64,000 bases of DNA, taken from contig OZ037765.1 of assembly GCA_964035545.1 (NCBI GenBank), positions 11,790,698 to 11,854,697 of the forward strand, read 5' to 3'. Shown piece by piece: positions 41,199 through 52,965 of the stretch; the first letter of the stretch is position 1; the number at the start of each line of letters is the position of its first letter. Source of the stretch: Bugula neritina (taxonomy: Eukaryota > Animalia > Bryozoa). The position numbers and the translations under genes were made by a program. A model generated the notes under the pieces. It worked only from the letters and a program-made list of their open reading frames with translations, did not search any database and was not told the origin of the DNA.

Positions 41199-42665
41199 TT
41201 ATTCATGAATATTTATTCTCAAATCCCGTATTGTTCGGGGAAGGAAGCTGTTGTGGTAGACACTAGTCTTTGCAGATATTGATGTTAACTGTCCTCTGCT
41301 CGCAGCTCTAGTGGTCATAGTTGTATTTAATTGGTTGTTGACGATCTCATCATAATTATAAGACAAAGTATTATTGCTGGTTTCATTTTCTAGAATTTTG
41401 TGTAGTAATGTCATTCGATGGTTTCGTCTTCTGGATTCTAGTGGTACCAGTTCAAGAAGATTTCTGGCTTCAGTGACACTTTTCCGTCCTTTAACAGTAC
41501 TTATGGAGCGGACAGCTTTCCGTTAGACACTTTCTATGAATTCAATGGTCTGTTTACTGGTGGGATCCCATAGTGTCCCCATACTCCAGTATCGGTCGAC
41601 ACAGGCTAGTGTATGCCAATAATCGGCTTTTGGTAGGTGCAGAATGTAGTGTGTATTTAATAGCCCCAATAATTTTGGTTGCTTTGCTGGTTTTTTGAGC
41701 GATGTGTTGGTCAAACTTTAGATCTTGCTGGAGCGTGATACCAAGATAGCGAGTTTTGTCTGTCCAAGGTATGTCAGCATCACCTAGTTTATACGCGGGT
41801 GTTTGGCTTCTTTTGTTGAATGCTATTGCATGGCATTTGGATGCGTTAAATGGCATTTTCCATTTCTGCGACCATGCTTGTACAGCATCAAAGTTTTTTT
41901 GAAATTCTACCGATTCCTCGTAGCAGTTGACTTCCTGGTATAAGAGGGTATCATCTGCATAAAGGCTAACGTTACAAGTTACTACATCTGGTAGATCGTT
42001 GATATATACAAGGAAGAGTGTAGGCCCTAGAACTGAACCTTGAGGTATTCCGGATGTTACATCGCACACACTCGACATTTGATTCTTTAGAACGACTCTC
42101 TGTTTTCGCCCTGTCAGAAAGTCTTGAATCCAGTTTAAAAGAGAGGGGTCTAAATCAGCAATAGCTCTCAGTTTCTGCAGTAGCAAGCTATGCGGTACTT
42201 TGTCAAAAGCCTTTTTAAAGTCTAAGATAAGGGCATATGTAATTTTGTTCTGTTCCATTGATTTAGCCAGATCATGGTAAGTGGCACATAATTGGGTCTC
42301 GCAGGACATACCTCTCCGGAACCCATGTTGCCGATGGTGAAGGAAGGTATCCAGTTTTTTGTTGAGGTGATGAAGGACAATATGTTCAAGAATCTTACAT
42401 GGTATTGATGTTAGGGAAATAGGCCTGTAATTGAACACTTGGTTAGCCTCTCCTCCTTTGTGAATTGGGGTCACATTTGCCAGTTTCCATTGGTCAGGCA
42501 ATCGGCCATATTTTATAGAGGCTCGATATACGTGGCTGAGACACTCAGCGGTGGTATGTATGTCTATCATGAGGTCTGGTTTCCGGATCCCATCCGGTCC
42601 CGGAGACTTACCATTTCCTAGTGAAATAATCAGCTTAGCAACACCATCTTCCGATATCTCTATTT
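41199..42665 (-). pseudogene. LINE ORF2 reverse transcriptase segment
   Basis: KSPGPDGI, LDFKKAFDKVPH, PQGSVLGPTLFLVYINDL, YADD; frameshift and stop near 41580-41520. Confidence 0.92.
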
Positions 42666-42667
42666 TT

Positions 42668-43651
42668 TCATGTTTGCTTATATTTTTTTAGGAAAAAGGA
42701 ATCCCCAGTTTGTTTATATTTCTTATATGTTCTTCTTTGTTTAGACACAAGTTTTTCAGCTGCTTTACCAAACCACTCAGGTTGACTGGTCTTCTTGCGA
42801 TTAAGCTCTTTTGTAGGAACACAATCCTCTATGTTTGCCTGTAGTTGACTGGTGAATAACAACCACATTTTGTTTGGATCCTCCATCCCTGCCAAGTTTT
42901 CACTGAGTTCCTGCATACGCTCACAAAAGGTCTCTTCATCAGCCTCTTTGTATCGTTTCACAATGAATTTAGTGCTAGCTTTGTGCCACTGAACCACAGG
43001 CTTTAATGTAGCACTTACAATGTAGTGATCACTTAAGCCAAGTTGAATGATGTCAGTATCCAAGACGTAGCCAGGTGTATTAATGCAGATGAGGTCTAAT
43101 GTGTTTCCCTTGACATGAGTTAGCTCCAAAACCATCTGGCTCAGCATAAATTCATCCAGGATATTGATGAACTCCCTTTGAATGTGCTTGTGTTGGCATT
43201 CAGGTTTCACTAGTTTTTGTTTCCAATCAATACCTGGGAGGTTGAAGTCCCCAGTCAGGATCAGCACATGGCTAGGGAATTTGTTTGTTATGTTCTCAAG
43301 GATGGTGTGTAGTTTGTTCATATTCCTTAGGTGTACATAAGGTCTATAGAGGCAGCAGATGATGGTTTGCGGTTCCATTGCTACAACTAATATTTCCTCT
43401 TTGAGGTTGTCAATGTTTATTTTCATTGGTTTCAGGTCACGATCCAAGGCAAGTAGCACTCCTCCTCCATGTAGGGTTCTGTCTCTCCTAAATATTTTCT
43501 TGCTTGGATCTTCAATGATGCAACAGTCCGGAACTGTTTCATCTAAGTGGGTTTCAGTTAAGCAGATATTGTTACATTTATTTGTTGAAGCAGTTATTTC
43601 AGCAGTTTTGCCTTTGGCTGATTTAGTATTTGCGAGAAAAAGTTTTAGCAT
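42668..43651 (-). pseudogene. LINE ORF2 apurinic endonuclease segment
   Basis: APE motifs as above; separated from the RT segment by an out-of-frame junction near 42665. Confidence 0.9.
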
Positions 43652-46519
43652 GTTGTCTCCTTTGTTTCATTAAGAGCAGGGTTCAGCGGGCGCCATTCCC
43701 CCGATTGGAGTTGCTCTTCTATTCCAACTTTCGTTTCCCGGATTCTGATGCGGTACTGTCTGTTTGCATTTGCGTCATCTTCTTCAAGTCTGCGAATTTG
43801 ATCAGGAAGTTGAAATTCTTTATCACGCATCTCTTTACTGGTATCAAGCTTGCAGAAAACTCCTGTAGTTCTTGTATCCTTTGCATTGGTTCTTTTTATG
43901 AACTCCCATTTACTGGGCTCATCTGCAAAAACAAAAGTTTGATTGGCCTGATCTTATTTTCAATCTTCTTTCCCAGTCGTATGGCTTGGAAAGGCATTTG
44001 GTAGTGTAGATAGAGCTTGAAGCGCATTAACTCTTGGACTTCCTGTATCGCAGTTGTATTTTCTTTCTCCTCAATGCCGTAGAGGATAGCATTATTCTTT
44101 CTCATTTCATTTTCACTCTGTTGATTATTTTGCACCATCATATTTTCAGCAGATTGGTTGATTTGTACTGCTTTTTGGATGTTTTGTGAAGTTTCCCTCA
44201 GAGTTGTTTCACAGGATTTTTCCAGTTTTAGAATTCGCTCAGCATTAATTTTCGCTGCATCTGCATATGTTTGGGTGAACTTTTTCATCATTTGTTCAAG
44301 ATCATTTAGCTTAGTAAGCGTGGAGGGGTTCTCCTCCCCAGGAAGAGAGTTTTTGGGTATGGTATTCTTAATGATGGACCTACATTGGTCGCAGTACCAT
44401 CTAACACCTAGTGTCTCTAGTTTAATAACCAAGTTAACATCAGCAGCCTGTAAACCTTGGCACATGCCATGAAACCAAGTGGAGCACTGGTCACAGGATA
44501 TCCACTTTTGAGATGTTCTGTTGCCTACCTGGACGGTACACTCAGTATGCATTGTAAATCTGGGCATTATTTATGTACTCTAAGCTACTCTAATTAAGTG
44601 ATTTATTGTATGTATAGAGTGGAATCTGAAGTTTCTCAATCACCAGGAACTGAGTTTTTGTGATTGTATAATTGTTCTTTCAATGGTTGTATTTTTCCTG
44701 AAATTTATGAGCCTCTAGTTTTATAAAAACTTCTAGTTACAACCCTTTTGCCTAAAAAATAAAATAATATCCAACTGTGCTTTTTAGCGCTTCATTTGCT
44801 ATATCAGATTTATAAATCTACATTTCAAGATGTAATTAAGTCATCAGTTGGAGTAAGTTTAGATTTATTAAACATAGTATTTTTAGGTCAAGATTGTTTT
44901 GCGTAGGTTTGTACATTTTAAAGATATGCTTGGTAGGAAGAAAATGGAAGGAATTTGCTACCCTGCTAGTCTGCAAAAACTTGGGCTGAGAAATGAGCTC
45001 AATATCCCTGGCTCGTATTCAACAAGGTAGAGGATTGCTTTGTCAGGCGTGTCTGCTGCAAAGAGAGTTACTCTACTTGCATCAAAAACGTCTCGAATAA
45101 GGAGAAGCAAAGGAAAAGGAAAAGCAGATAGCATCACTTTAAAAATATTATAGACTACAATTATAGTGAAGCACGTCTAGATGCTATATCTGCAAGCAGA
45201 AAAGTGATGAACACAATTTGCCAACAATGCTTGTTGACAGCATGAAGAAGCAACTGAGATGTTTTTAGATGTGCCTACCATATTGCAAAACTAGATAGGC
45301 CCTATTCTAATACATCTCATTTAATAGAGCCAAATGAGTTAAATGGCGGTAATTGTGGTATATCTCTTCACTCTTGTGCTTCAGTTTATGAAACAATATC
45401 TTGCATAAGTTCGGAGATGAAAAAAACTTATGAATAAAATAATCAACTCCAACAAAAAAGTGCCTTTAAATCAACATTTTTGTCCAGCAAATCAGTTTTG
45501 GCAATCTACATTAAGTCATTTATTTTGATTCAGACAATGTGTCTGATGAATTTTTTTTGCTACTCTTTTTCTGCTGACTCCATAACTAAATAAATTTTCA
45601 GACCAATATCTATCTGAAACCTGATGAGAGTCTGCTCTGATGGTGCTTCAACTATGGTTGGCAAAAGCTCTGGAGTGCTAACCAAGCTGAAATAATGATT
45701 TCCAAATGCATTTCTCTGGCACATTGCATGTGTTATCATGTTGAGTTGGCTGTAAATGATGCTGTGAAATCTATTGGTCAAACCAACCATGTAAAAATCA
45801 GGGTTGGGGTCAATTACATGTGAATGTAATTAATTACAATTACAATTACATCAAAATTTGTCAATTACAATTATAATTACATGTAAAAAGTAATGTAATT
45901 AATTACAATTACAATTACATGGCAATGTAATTAATTACAATTACAATTACTTTTGTTCTTACAAGCAATAAATAGAAGTTATGCAAGCTCCCTTATAGTA
46001 TCCAAATACCAGGGGCAATTTTGACAGGGGTGAACCTCCTTTGTTCTCAACAGTGATACTATACTACCTATAGACTAGTGGTTCCCAATCTTTTTCTTAC
46101 TACTCCCACCTTTCATAAATGTTGACTATTAATTACCCCCCATTCAAAGAGCGAAAAGATTTTATGACTTACTGAATGAGAATATATGATACAATGCAAT
46201 ATATTTTGTTCTATTATATTTGCATATAGTATATAATTATCATAAGAGTAATATTATCATTATTTTTGTGTTATAAAACACAGAGCAGTTCAAATATTAA
46301 TGTTATGGCTTCAGTTGATGCTTTTGTGCCAGCTTGCTTAAGTCTGACTCTGTTTATGACCAGCCCCATCTTAAATCACTCTGCGGGTAAAGGTAGTTTC
46401 TCTTCTCTTTGAATTGATGAGAATCCTACCTCACACGGATAGGCGGTGCTGGATGGTACCAAAACTCTACTTTGTCAGCTATGTGTGGGAAGAGTTTGGT
46501 TGTAGAAACCCAGAAATAC

Positions 46520-46753
46520 TTTAGGTAAAAATGGCGCATGTAAAAATGTTAAATTTTTCCAAACTTGAACCCCGACCCCCCTAACTCAAACCCCCACCTC
46601 CAAACTCCAGAACCTCAAGTACAAACCTAAAATCCTCACCTCAAACCCTGTTTAAAACTCCAAACCCCCATCCCAACATTGAAGACATGTGCCATTTTAC
46701 CTACTTTTCTATTTGTGCCCTTATTACCTGCAGCATTTTTACTGGACACCACC
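46520..46753. mobile_element. Short non-autonomous element with GGTAAAAATGGC subterminal repeats and C-rich core (HINE/MITE-like), copy A
   Basis: aggtaaaaatggcgca ... aacccc-rich core ... tgccattttacct ... catttttactggacaccacc. An inverted homolog lies at 46973-47170. Confidence 0.6.
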
Positions 46754-46972
46754 CACAATCCATCAGTTGGAGAAGATTTCAAATCATCATTCATTGCTGA
46801 ATTGTGAACCAACTCAATGAAATTCTCCTACGATTCCTCTAAAAACTGTTTAGGAAAGCGTTGCAATGGGTCACATTTGAAGTTAAGAATCTAACTTTTT
46901 CTTTTTGGGAGGTAGCTCAGAGAAATACTGTTAAAACTTCATTAACAGTTCAGAAATGAGAACAGGGAGAAC

Positions 46973-47170
46973 AGGTGGTGTCCGGTAAAAATGGCGCAAG
47001 TAAAAATAGCCTTATTGGCACAAACAGAAAATTAGATAAAAATGCCACATTTTCAACTTTAGCTTTGAAGATTTGAATTGGGGGTTAGGCATTCAGATTG
47101 GGGAGTTTGAAGGTTTGGAAAAATTTAACACCAGTGTGCGATTTTTATCTGTGCCATTTTTGCTTAAAAT
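46973..47170. mobile_element. Same family as 46520-46753, copy B, opposite orientation
   Basis: ggtggtgtccggtaaaaatggcgca ... gtttggaaaaatttaaca ... tgccattttt; its reverse complement is colinear with copy A. Confidence 0.6.
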
Positions 47171-48131
47171 TGGAACAGGTTCTTCTCCTATCAAAGTTCA
47201 TTGAGTGTGTGGAAAGACACCATGTTTTTGACAGAAACACCACCACTTTAGTGTAACTTTGAAAACATTGCTGCTGCTAATGAAAAGCAACGATATGATG
47301 ATTGCACTCCTGCATTTTTAGGTTCAGACTATTTAGTGTAGCAAATATAGTCACTAGGTATGTAGTATACAATTTATAGAAATTGACTTGCATGGCTGCT
47401 AAAAGTTGGCCTCTTGCTTTTTGCAAATTTTTTGACCTTCATTAGAAATAGCGCAGAAAACAGTTAGGGTAGAGTAATTAATAAACACATTCATGTAGAA
47501 GTAAACAGAGATTGCAAAATATGGTTTGGTTAAATAAATGAACTAAGATGAAGATTTATAAATATGCATAATTGCATATATACTTATGTAATGTGCAAGA
47601 GCTCAAAAAGCCTTCAACAGAGTGCGTGAATTTTTCAAAATCCAAATTCTTCCCTAAAATGTCCAAATTCCCCCCTAGGGTAAACTTCCCCCAGGTTAGG
47701 AACCACTGACCTAGACCTAATCTGAACTTGTTATTCAACAGTAGGCATGGTAGAAAAAGTAGGAAATTTTTAAGATTTTAAAGTTTGAAGTAATTGATAT
47801 GTAATTATAAAGTAATTGTGAAAATCAATTACATTAGCAATGTAATTAATTACAATTACAATTACATTTTTAGACATTAATTACAAATTATATTCAATTA
47901 CTTGAAAAAATGTATTTAATTACAATCAATTACAATTACAAATTACAATTACCCCAACCCTGGTAAAAATATTTCTAAATAAGCTCTACAGCTTGTATAA
48001 TCAACCGAAAGCTCAGCGGGAACTATCGAAGTGTGCGTCTCAACTAGATATACATATTCGAGAAATTGGAAGAATTTCAGGTGTCGGGTTGGCTGCCTCA
48101 AGTTTCCAAACAGTTGATGCCATATGACTCT

Positions 48132-48459
48132 TGAAACATTAAGTATAGTGAGTATATAATTACCTGAGAGTTACTCGAAGTATGTAGGCATGACATTGAA
48201 GTATCGAAAGAACAATAAAGTGGGGTCTGGCCGGCCAGGGGCAATACAAGGACCAAAAGTATAGTACTGATTTATAATTATTTTATCACAAAGTCTATCG
48301 GCATGTTTCTCTACTGTAGGCTGACATCTTTTATCTCGTAGTCTCTCGTTCGTCAATGACCCAATATGTATTTTAATAAACAAATGCACATGACATTATA
48401 ACGTAGCCTCTCGCTAGTCCGTAATTAGTGATAAACAAAAGACACATAATAATATAACA
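48132..48459 (-). repeat. 3' LTR
   Basis: Direct repeat of 52638-52965, with 5 mismatches counted by eye. Confidence 0.97.
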
Positions 48460-48610
48460 TCTCCCTTCTTAAGCAGGTGACTTCCTTTTATAACATTGTG
48501 ATTAAGGTTGCTGAGATTAATAATATGATACGAGTATACATGATTAATATGGATTGGGGATTAACAATGAAACTAAATAACTATGTACAGGGTGGGAAAC
48601 GGCTAATAGC

Positions 48611-51600
48611 TTATCCCATGTGGAAGTCCTTGTATTTAGCGGGGAGGACTCCACGGTTGCTTCTGGGTTGACGCTCTGGTGGTGGTGCCACGTTCCTGAG
48701 AGGTGTTGCAGGCAGGGCAGGCATGTGGGGGAATTCATTAGGAGCATCCCCAACATCAGAATCAGCAGCATCAGCGACACCAAGGGTCTGTGTGTTATCT
48801 GGTTTAAGGTGAACACGATTCCTACGCACTATAGACTGACCGTTGTCAACCAAGTAGGATCTGGGAGAGTCATGCTGCTCGACAATCATTCCTGGCGACT
48901 ATTCTTTGTCAGTGCTTGACCTGATAAGTGCAGGAGTCCCAGGTTCCAGATCAGCCAACGGCCGTGCATGGCGGTCATGGTACTTCTTCTGCAAGTTTTG
49001 GTTGGCTATTAGTTGTTGGCTAGCCTCAATAACAACTGGTTTAAGCGACTCGGCAGTGATTGGCAAATCACTTCTTAGGGCTCTGTTGAACAGAAGCTCA
49101 GCTGGACTGAAAGCACAGCCAGTGATAGGAGATTGCCTGTATCTGAGTAGTGACCTGTATATATCCTCTCTTTCATCCTCACATTTTTTTAGAAAGGCTT
49201 TCATCGTTTGTACATAACGCTCAGCCATTCCATTGGACTTAGGGTAGTGCGGACTAGATGTTACAATGGTGAAGCACCAGCTTGATGCAAAAGTTTGCAT
49301 GACTCTACTGCTGAAAGGCATGTTGTCCGCCAGAATGGACACTGGTACCCCGTGTACAGCAAATATGGATTTCAATGCCAAAACCACGTCTTCAGCAGTC
49401 TTTCTCCTGAGTAATCTCAGCTCGGGGAAGTGAGAGTAACAGTTTACAACTACCAAGTAATCATTATTCTTATAGGACAGTATATCCATAGCCACTTTAT
49501 TCCATGGTAGACTTGGCAGCTCATGAGACATTAACGGCTCTTTCTGTTGACGGTTGGAAAACTTAGCGCAGGTGAGGCAACTTGACACTTCATTCCGTAT
49601 ATCAGCAGATAGCCCAGGCCAATAGAATGATTTCCTCGCAAGCTCTCTGCATTTCTCAACGCCCAGGTGGCCCATGTGTAGCGACTTTAGAATGTGCTTC
49701 CTCTGTGACTTCGGAACTATAAGCCGCTCTTCAACGTAAAGAAATCCATCCACATCATAGATGTCAGATCTAACATTCCAGTAGGGTTGGATTTCTGTGG
49801 GGGCCTGACTCCGTCTACTCCATGACCAACCATCTTGCAGTGCTTTTTTCAGACTGTCCATTGTCGGGTCTTCAGCATATGACTGTCTCATCTCATTCAT
49901 GGTGCTATCATCGGTTTCTAAGGCATGAACCATTACAACTTCACCTTCGAGATCACACTGATCATTGGTAACGCGCTGAAGGTAGGCTCGGGATAGTGTG
50001 TCAGCAATATATAAATGCTTGCCCGGAACATATGTGAACTCAGCTATCCGGTATCTTTGTAGTCGCAGAAGTAGTCTTTGCAGCCTTGGGGATGCCTTGT
50101 GCAACGACTTGTTCATTATCGGGACGAGAGGTTTATGATCCGTCTGTATGTGAACAGCACGTCCATAGAGGTAGCTGTGAAAGCGCTCACAGCCGAACAC
50201 AACTGCTAGCAGCTCTTTATCTATTTGGGGATAGTTGCACTCAGTCTCAGTTAAGCTGCGTGAAGCATATGCAACAGGTTTACCTTCCTGTAGTAACACT
50301 GCACCAAGTCCCGACTTTGAAGCGTCAACTTGTAAATGCGCATCCTTGGTAACATCAAAATACTGCAAGACAGGTTCGGATGTAAGCAAGCGTTTAATTA
50401 CCTAGAAGCTTTCCATTTGTTCTTTGGACCACACCCACTGACTATCACTCTTCAGTAGCACTCTCAAGGGCTCAGTACAGGCTGACATGTTGGGTATGTA
50501 GGCTCTTAGAAAATTGAGAGTACCAATCAGTCTTTGTACTCCCTCTCGGTCTGTTGGGTCAGGCATGGCCTCAATAGCAGCTATCTTGTCTGGGTCAGGA
50601 CGCAGACCATCTTTCGATACTATATGGCCTAAATAGTGTACCTCCGTCTGATTCAACTGAATCTTCTTGCGATTAAACTTCACATTAGCCTCTTTGGCCT
50701 TTACCAATAGCTTTCTCAGATTGGCATCATGTTCCTGTTGTGTCTTTCCAGCTACAATGATGTCATCAAAATACACTGAGACACCAGGCAAGTCTCCAAA
50801 TATTTGCTCCACCTTCTTCTCAAAGACTTCAGCACTTGAGTGAAGACCAAATGGAAGTCTATCAAAACAGTAGCGACCATATGGGGTGTTGAACGTTGTG
50901 AGCAGACTACTCTCTTTGGTCAAGGCTACATGCCAGTATCCATGTTTCATGTCCATGATGGTGTAGTATTGCATACCATTGAATCTGAAGGCAATGTCTT
51001 CTAATGTGGGTATCTTGTGATGTTCTCGTCTCACTGCTCTGTTCAGGTCCTTGGGGTCTAGGCATATACGAACCGACCCATCTTTCTTTTCAACGCATAC
51101 CATACTACTCACCCAGTTGGTTGGTACGTCAACCTTAGATATGATTCCAGATGCCTCCATATCATCCAGCTCCTTTTTCACTTTGTCTAACATACTGAGT
51201 GGGACACGTCTTGGATGATGAACCACAGGCTTCACATTCTCGTCAACACATATCTCGTGCTCTCCATCAAGTCTGCCAACTCCTTCAAACACCTCAGGGA
51301 ACTCCTGAAGTATCGAGGTTGACAACTGATCAACTCTGCGGATCAGACCAAAAGATTCAGCAGCCTCGAGACCAAGTATGGGAGGAAGGTCCTCATCAAC
51401 CACCTCAAAGTGGACACTCTGGCTATGCTCCTTGTGGTTCACGGTGAGTTGAACTGCACCCACATTCTTGATCTTGGTCTTATTATAGCCGTAAAGGCAT
51501 ACAGAAGTGGGCTTTAGAGTAGCACCAAGTGACTGAACGGTTCTTAGGTTGATGCAATTTGTTTCAGCTCCAGTATCAATCTTAAACTGAATGTCATTGG

Positions 51601-51817
51601 CCTTTCCTTTGTCACTGACCTTCATCGGAAGAATCCAAGATTTCAATTTAGATTCATTAGAAAGAGCACCAACAGCACCTATGAACAAGCTATTCATTTG
51701 TTTCTCTGCAAGAGCTTTCTTTGCCTTTGCAGACTTTCTCAAAGTGATTTTTCTTCCCGCAGTTATGACATGTATCGCCATAAGCAGGACATCTACCTTT
51801 GGCATGTGTATATCCAC
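48611..51817 (-). pseudogene. pol (PR-RT-RH-IN) with two in-frame TAG stops
   Basis: ORFs 51817-50402, 50389-48899 and 48889-48611 share one frame and are separated only by TAG at 50404-50402 and 48901-48899. Confidence 0.92.
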
Positions 51818-52568
51818 AAAATTTGCAATCTATGTTGTCCTTACGTGTGTTACTTCTGGTTTTATTTTGCGTAGCGCCAGACTGACTCTGCACAGTGCTG
51901 ACTGCAGCATCATTTATCTCATTGACTGTCTTCATAGTAGTATCACCGGCAGCTATCCTTGACATCTGCTGTTTGGTAATCTCAGCAGCACGGATGTCAT
52001 CTAAGGCACTCTCAAGTTTAACGTTTTTGTCACGGAGTAGCCGCTCCTTCAGCTTTCCATCAGTGAGTCCAAACACAATTCTGCAGAGAAGCATTCGGTC
52101 TCGCAATTCGCCAAAATCACATTTTGTAGCTTGAGTTTTTAGACGTTTCACAAAGGTGTCAATGGGCTCTCCATCACTCTGACTGATAGACCAAAAAACA
52201 AACCATTCATACAACATGTTACGCCGGGGATTGCAATAGGCTTCAAACTGCTCCAAAACATCAGCCATTACATCCTTGCTTTTACCTGCGGGAAAGTCAA
52301 ATTGACCATAAATCTCAGTAGCTTCCTCACCAGCCTGGTTTAGAAGTATAGCAACCTGACGTCTATTAATACCCGCATTCTCAGGAGGAGGCTCTTGGCC
52401 ACTCTCTTGAGGCTTTAAAACCAAATCACTTGCAAGCAAATAATTTTCCAAGGCCCTTCTCCACTTCCTCCAATTGTCTGACACATTACCTTCAAATGAT
52501 AATTCTCCAGGGGCCTTCAAACCTTCCATGACAGCTCCAAGGCAGACCAACACAGTCCACAACAACAA
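51690..52568 (-). CDS. gag
   Basis: GNVSDNWRKWRRALENYL; CKFCGYTHAKGRCPAYGDTCHNCGKKNHFEKVC. The true start is probably the ATG near 52529. Confidence 0.9.
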   Translation of the reverse strand: MLLWTVLVCLGAVMEGLKAPGELSFEGNVSDNWRKWRRALENYLLASDLVLKPQESGQEPPPENAGINRRQVAILLNQAGEEATEIYGQFDFPAGKSKDVMADVLEQFEAYCNPRRNMLYEWFVFWSISQSDGEPIDTFVKRLKTQATKCDFGELRDRMLLCRIVFGLTDGKLKERLLRDKNVKLESALDDIRAAEITKQQMSRIAAGDTTMKTVNEINDAAVSTVQSQSGATQNKTRSNTRKDNIDCKFCGYTHAKGRCPAYGDTCHNCGKKNHFEKVCKGKESSCRETNE

Positions 52569-52637
52569 ACAACTAAAAGCTAAACAATCACCACTCCAGT
52601 GGCAAAGTAGGGTGCGAGTACGATCTAGCTGCCACCA

Positions 52638-52965
52638 TGAAACATTAAGTATAGTGAGTATATAATTACCTGAGAGTTACTCGAAGTATGCAGGCATGAC
52701 ATTGAAATATCGAAAGAACAATAAAGTGGGGTCTGGCCGGCCAGGGGCAATACAAGGACCAAAAGTATAGTACTGATTTATAATTATTTTATCACAAAGT
52801 CTATCGGCATGTTTCTCTACTGTAGGCTGACATCTTTTATCTCGTAGTCTCTCGTTCGTCGGTGACCCAATATGTATTTTAATAAACAAATGCACATGAC
52901 ATTATAACGTAGCCTCTTGCTAGTCCGTAATTAGTGATAAACAAAAGACACATAATAATATAACA
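52638..52965 (-). repeat. 5' LTR
   Basis: Followed on the minus strand by the PBS and gag. Confidence 0.97.

Larger units (their letters stand above)
41189..44600 (-). mobile_element. Non-LTR retrotransposon (CR1/L2-group LINE), near full length, decayed
   Basis: ORF1 44567-43645 (one frameshift near 43920) with PHD finger WISCDQCSTWFHGMC..WYCDQC, coiled coil and RKNNAILYGIEE..RPIKL. ORF2 has an APE endonuclease (CLTETHL, GDFNLP, LDL, SDH) and RT (NYRPISLTS, GIPQGSVLGP, YADD), with C-terminal SFLPRTIRD and a short A tail near 41190. The 5' boundary is uncertain. Confidence 0.93.
46076..47708 (-). mobile_element. hAT-Charlie-type deletion derivative nested in the previous element
   Basis: Ends (t)AGTGGTTCCCAA ... 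TTAGGAACCACTG; flanks accta(ta)gac / acctagac resemble a Charlie NTCTAGAN-type TSD. Minus-strand remnant at about 46300-46500 reads VPSSTAYPCEVGFSS..PQSDLR (Charlie transposase C-terminus). Confidence 0.75.
45799..47962. mobile_element. Non-autonomous hAT element with TIRs and 8-bp TSD
   Basis: TIR CAGGGTTGGGGT ... ACCCCAACCCTG; perfect TSD GTAAAAAT at 45791-45798 and 47963-47970; subterminal (AATTAC)n arrays at both ends. Confidence 0.93.
48132..52965 (-). mobile_element. Full-length Ty3/gypsy LTR retrotransposon (Mag-like)
   Basis: 328-bp LTRs 48132-48459 and 52638-52965 (TG..CA); 5-bp TSD ACTCT (48127-48131, 52966-52970); PBS TGGTGGCAGC next to the 5' LTR; PPT AAGAAGGGAGA (48470-48460). 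Gag has paired Cys knuckles, followed by PR (DTGA), RT (YFDD), RNase H (DAS..GLGAVL, TDHKPL) and IN (H..H..C..C, DN, SNGMAER). Confidence 0.97.

Noticed and set aside
41170-44815. Possible LINE TSD (gcatatcactgattt vs gctatatcagattt)
   Set aside because: Match too imperfect to fix the 5' boundary.
45815-45950. (AATTAC)n arrays as a CRISPR-like or satellite array
   Set aside because: No unique spacers; they are subterminal repeats of a TIR/TSD-bounded hAT element.
48171-48389. 72-aa ORF duplicated at 52677-52895
   Set aside because: Lies within the LTRs, has a non-ATG start and no recognisable domain.
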